Source: Takakia lepidozioides
Taxonomy: Eukaryota; Plantae; Bryophyta
NCBI GenBank assembly: GCA_030704615.1
Contig: CM060733.1
Span: forward strand, 76,074,001 to 76,138,000
Direction of reading: 5' to 3'
DNA length: 64,000 nucleotides
The translations under genes were made by a program, and so were the position numbers. The notes below the pieces were generated by a model, which saw only the letters and a program-made list of their open reading frames with translations, was not told the origin of the DNA and searched no databases. Shown here piece by piece: positions 62,797 to 64,000 of this stretch. Numbering within the stretch: position 1 is the stretch's first letter; the number at the start of each line of letters is the position of its first letter.

Positions 62797-63345
62797 AGGG
62801 GGGCGATTGTGGTATAGCTTTCTAGGATTGTGTGCTTAGATTGTGTGGTGGACAACGATGTATGTTGTGGCACGATGCTTAGGTGCACGACAGCTGTCAT
62901 AGTTTTAGTTATGGTTATCTAGAATTACCTACTTCTAGTTAACTAAGACATTTTAGATATCTATATTTATATTTTGAATGTTGGAACCTCATTTGGTCTC
63001 ACATGCCAAGTGAGGTGTCGAGCCTCACTTGGGACATGGGGATAGGTTTTCCCCTTGTGAGGATGGAGGAGGCTCATCTTCTTGTAGTTGAGCCTCCATG
63101 AGCCTCTCTCACCTCCATAGCTCTAGGTATTGAAAGGGAGTGTGGTGAAGGCTTTGTACGGTGGATTCCCTTAGCAAAGGTGCCATTGGCTTGACTTAGT
63201 TTATGTGATTGAGTGGATTCATGAGTGGAGGGTTTCCATTATGTTCACTTCCATTATCATTATGGTATAGCTTTCTAGGATTGTGTGCTTAGATTGTGTG
63301 GTGGACAACGATGTATGTTGTGGCACAATGCTTAGCTGCACGACA
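62797..63345 (+). repeat. PPT (62797-62807), full LTR B1+A2 (62808-63259) and terminal B2 (63261-63345)
   Basis: AGGGGGGCGAT directly precedes TGTGG. B1 and B2 differ at 3 of 85 positions. The B1/A2 junction is the palindrome GACAGCTGTC. Confidence 0.92.
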
Positions 63346-63349
63346 GCCT

Positions 63350-63994
63350 CATTGTGGACAACAGTGCCTTCATTGTTTGGAGGCATGTCTTGCAATCTAG
63401 CTTATAGTTCGGCTATGCGCAGTGTTTGCCAGTCTAGTCAGTCCTGCAGGGTCCTGATTCGCTGGTCTCTTTCCGCCAGTTGTTCTTCTAACGTTGCAGC
63501 CAGTTGTATTCCGAACGTGTCCGGGATGTACTCCAAATCGTATAGCAACCTTGCGTTCCTCCTACTAGCAGTTTGCCAATTCACTGGACGCAAGAGTATG
63601 ACCTCCACGTACAACATGGCTGCCAAGGTGTACGGGAGTGACCCTTTAAGAGAGGTTGACCCCACAATGTGCAATGCACCTCATTCGCCCTATGCTGGAA
63701 ATGCAAGTTCATACAAAACCTGGACTCTGCGTAATTGTTTCGGGTTTGCACGTCATGCCTATCCAAAGGCCACAATCGATTGATGTGGTACCATTTCACG
63801 AATTTTTTGCATCTCGTCATCGGCCACCTGAACTCTTCCGAAACATCTTCCCAGCCCTCTTCTGCTAGTATGCTAGGGTCACCATATACTTCCCAATTCA
63901 AGTCTTGCCTTGACTTTTTGATTTTCTTAGAAGGCGGTCCATGTTCATTGGGGTCATCTCTTCCATGACGGTCATCGTCCTGGCCTTCTGCCAT
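63350..63994 (-). pseudogene. Uncharacterised gene interrupted by the Gypsy element (continues at 53622 to ~53505)
   Basis: ORFs 63581-63994 and 63438-63674 read on through ..NNEGTVVHNE|DRTNVMDIDAEF.. across the reconstructed empty site GATCCTCATTG. Confidence 0.55.
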
Positions 63995-64000
63995 TCTGCA

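Larger units (their letters stand above)
53623..63345 (+). mobile_element. Ty3/Gypsy retrotransposon carrying a DNMT3-like methyltransferase and PHD finger, with permuted LTR layout A...B-A-B
   Basis: Domain order gag(CCHC)-PR-MTase-RT-RH-INT-PHD. A1 53623-53987, B1 62808-62892, A2 62895-63259, B2 63261-63345. Flanks TCCT/GCCT; the empty site restores a minus-strand frame. Confidence 0.93.

Noticed and set aside
63263-63275. TGGTATAG after A2 as a tRNA-iMet PBS of a second tandem element
   Set aside because: It is the start of the B repeat, also found after the PPT, and it diverges from TGGTATCAGAGC; host sequence resumes at 63346.
53623-63345. DIRS/Ngaro tyrosine-recombinase element
   Set aside because: No YR ORF was recognised; a DDE integrase and Gypsy domain order are present.

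Overview
Eukaryotic, intron-rich, transposon-dense plant DNA; style and content suggest a seedless land plant such as a moss (inference). One apparently intact host gene is present: a 12-exon kinesin-3-like motor (16796-24423, +) with two probable GC-AG introns. There is also a degenerate ABCG fragment, and hAT MITEs with 8-bp TSDs. The right half is a nest of unusual transposons. (1) A 16.8-kb DNA transposon (29255-46081; 30-bp TIRs, ACAC TSD) splits a SWIM-zinc-finger gene. It encodes a Sola1-like DDD transposase and, divergently, a Pol II CTD-heptad-like peptide, a ParB-like/degenerate amino-methyltransferase protein and three tandem FCP1/NIF phosphatase domains. About 12 copies of a 24-bp palindrome (AACCTCCACT-N4-AGTGGAGGTT) are spread through its mostly non-coding DNA. 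(2) A Ty3/Gypsy element (53623-63345) carries a DNMT3-like cytosine methyltransferase between protease and RT, a PHD finger on the integrase, a self-priming PBS and a circularly permuted (A...B-A-B) LTR layout. A second truncated copy at 2747-4368 ends at the same internal LTR site. (3) An older host element with serial long hairpins and tandem repeats. Nearly all TE ORFs carry stops or frameshifts. All calls come from reading the sequence by eye; no database searches were run.
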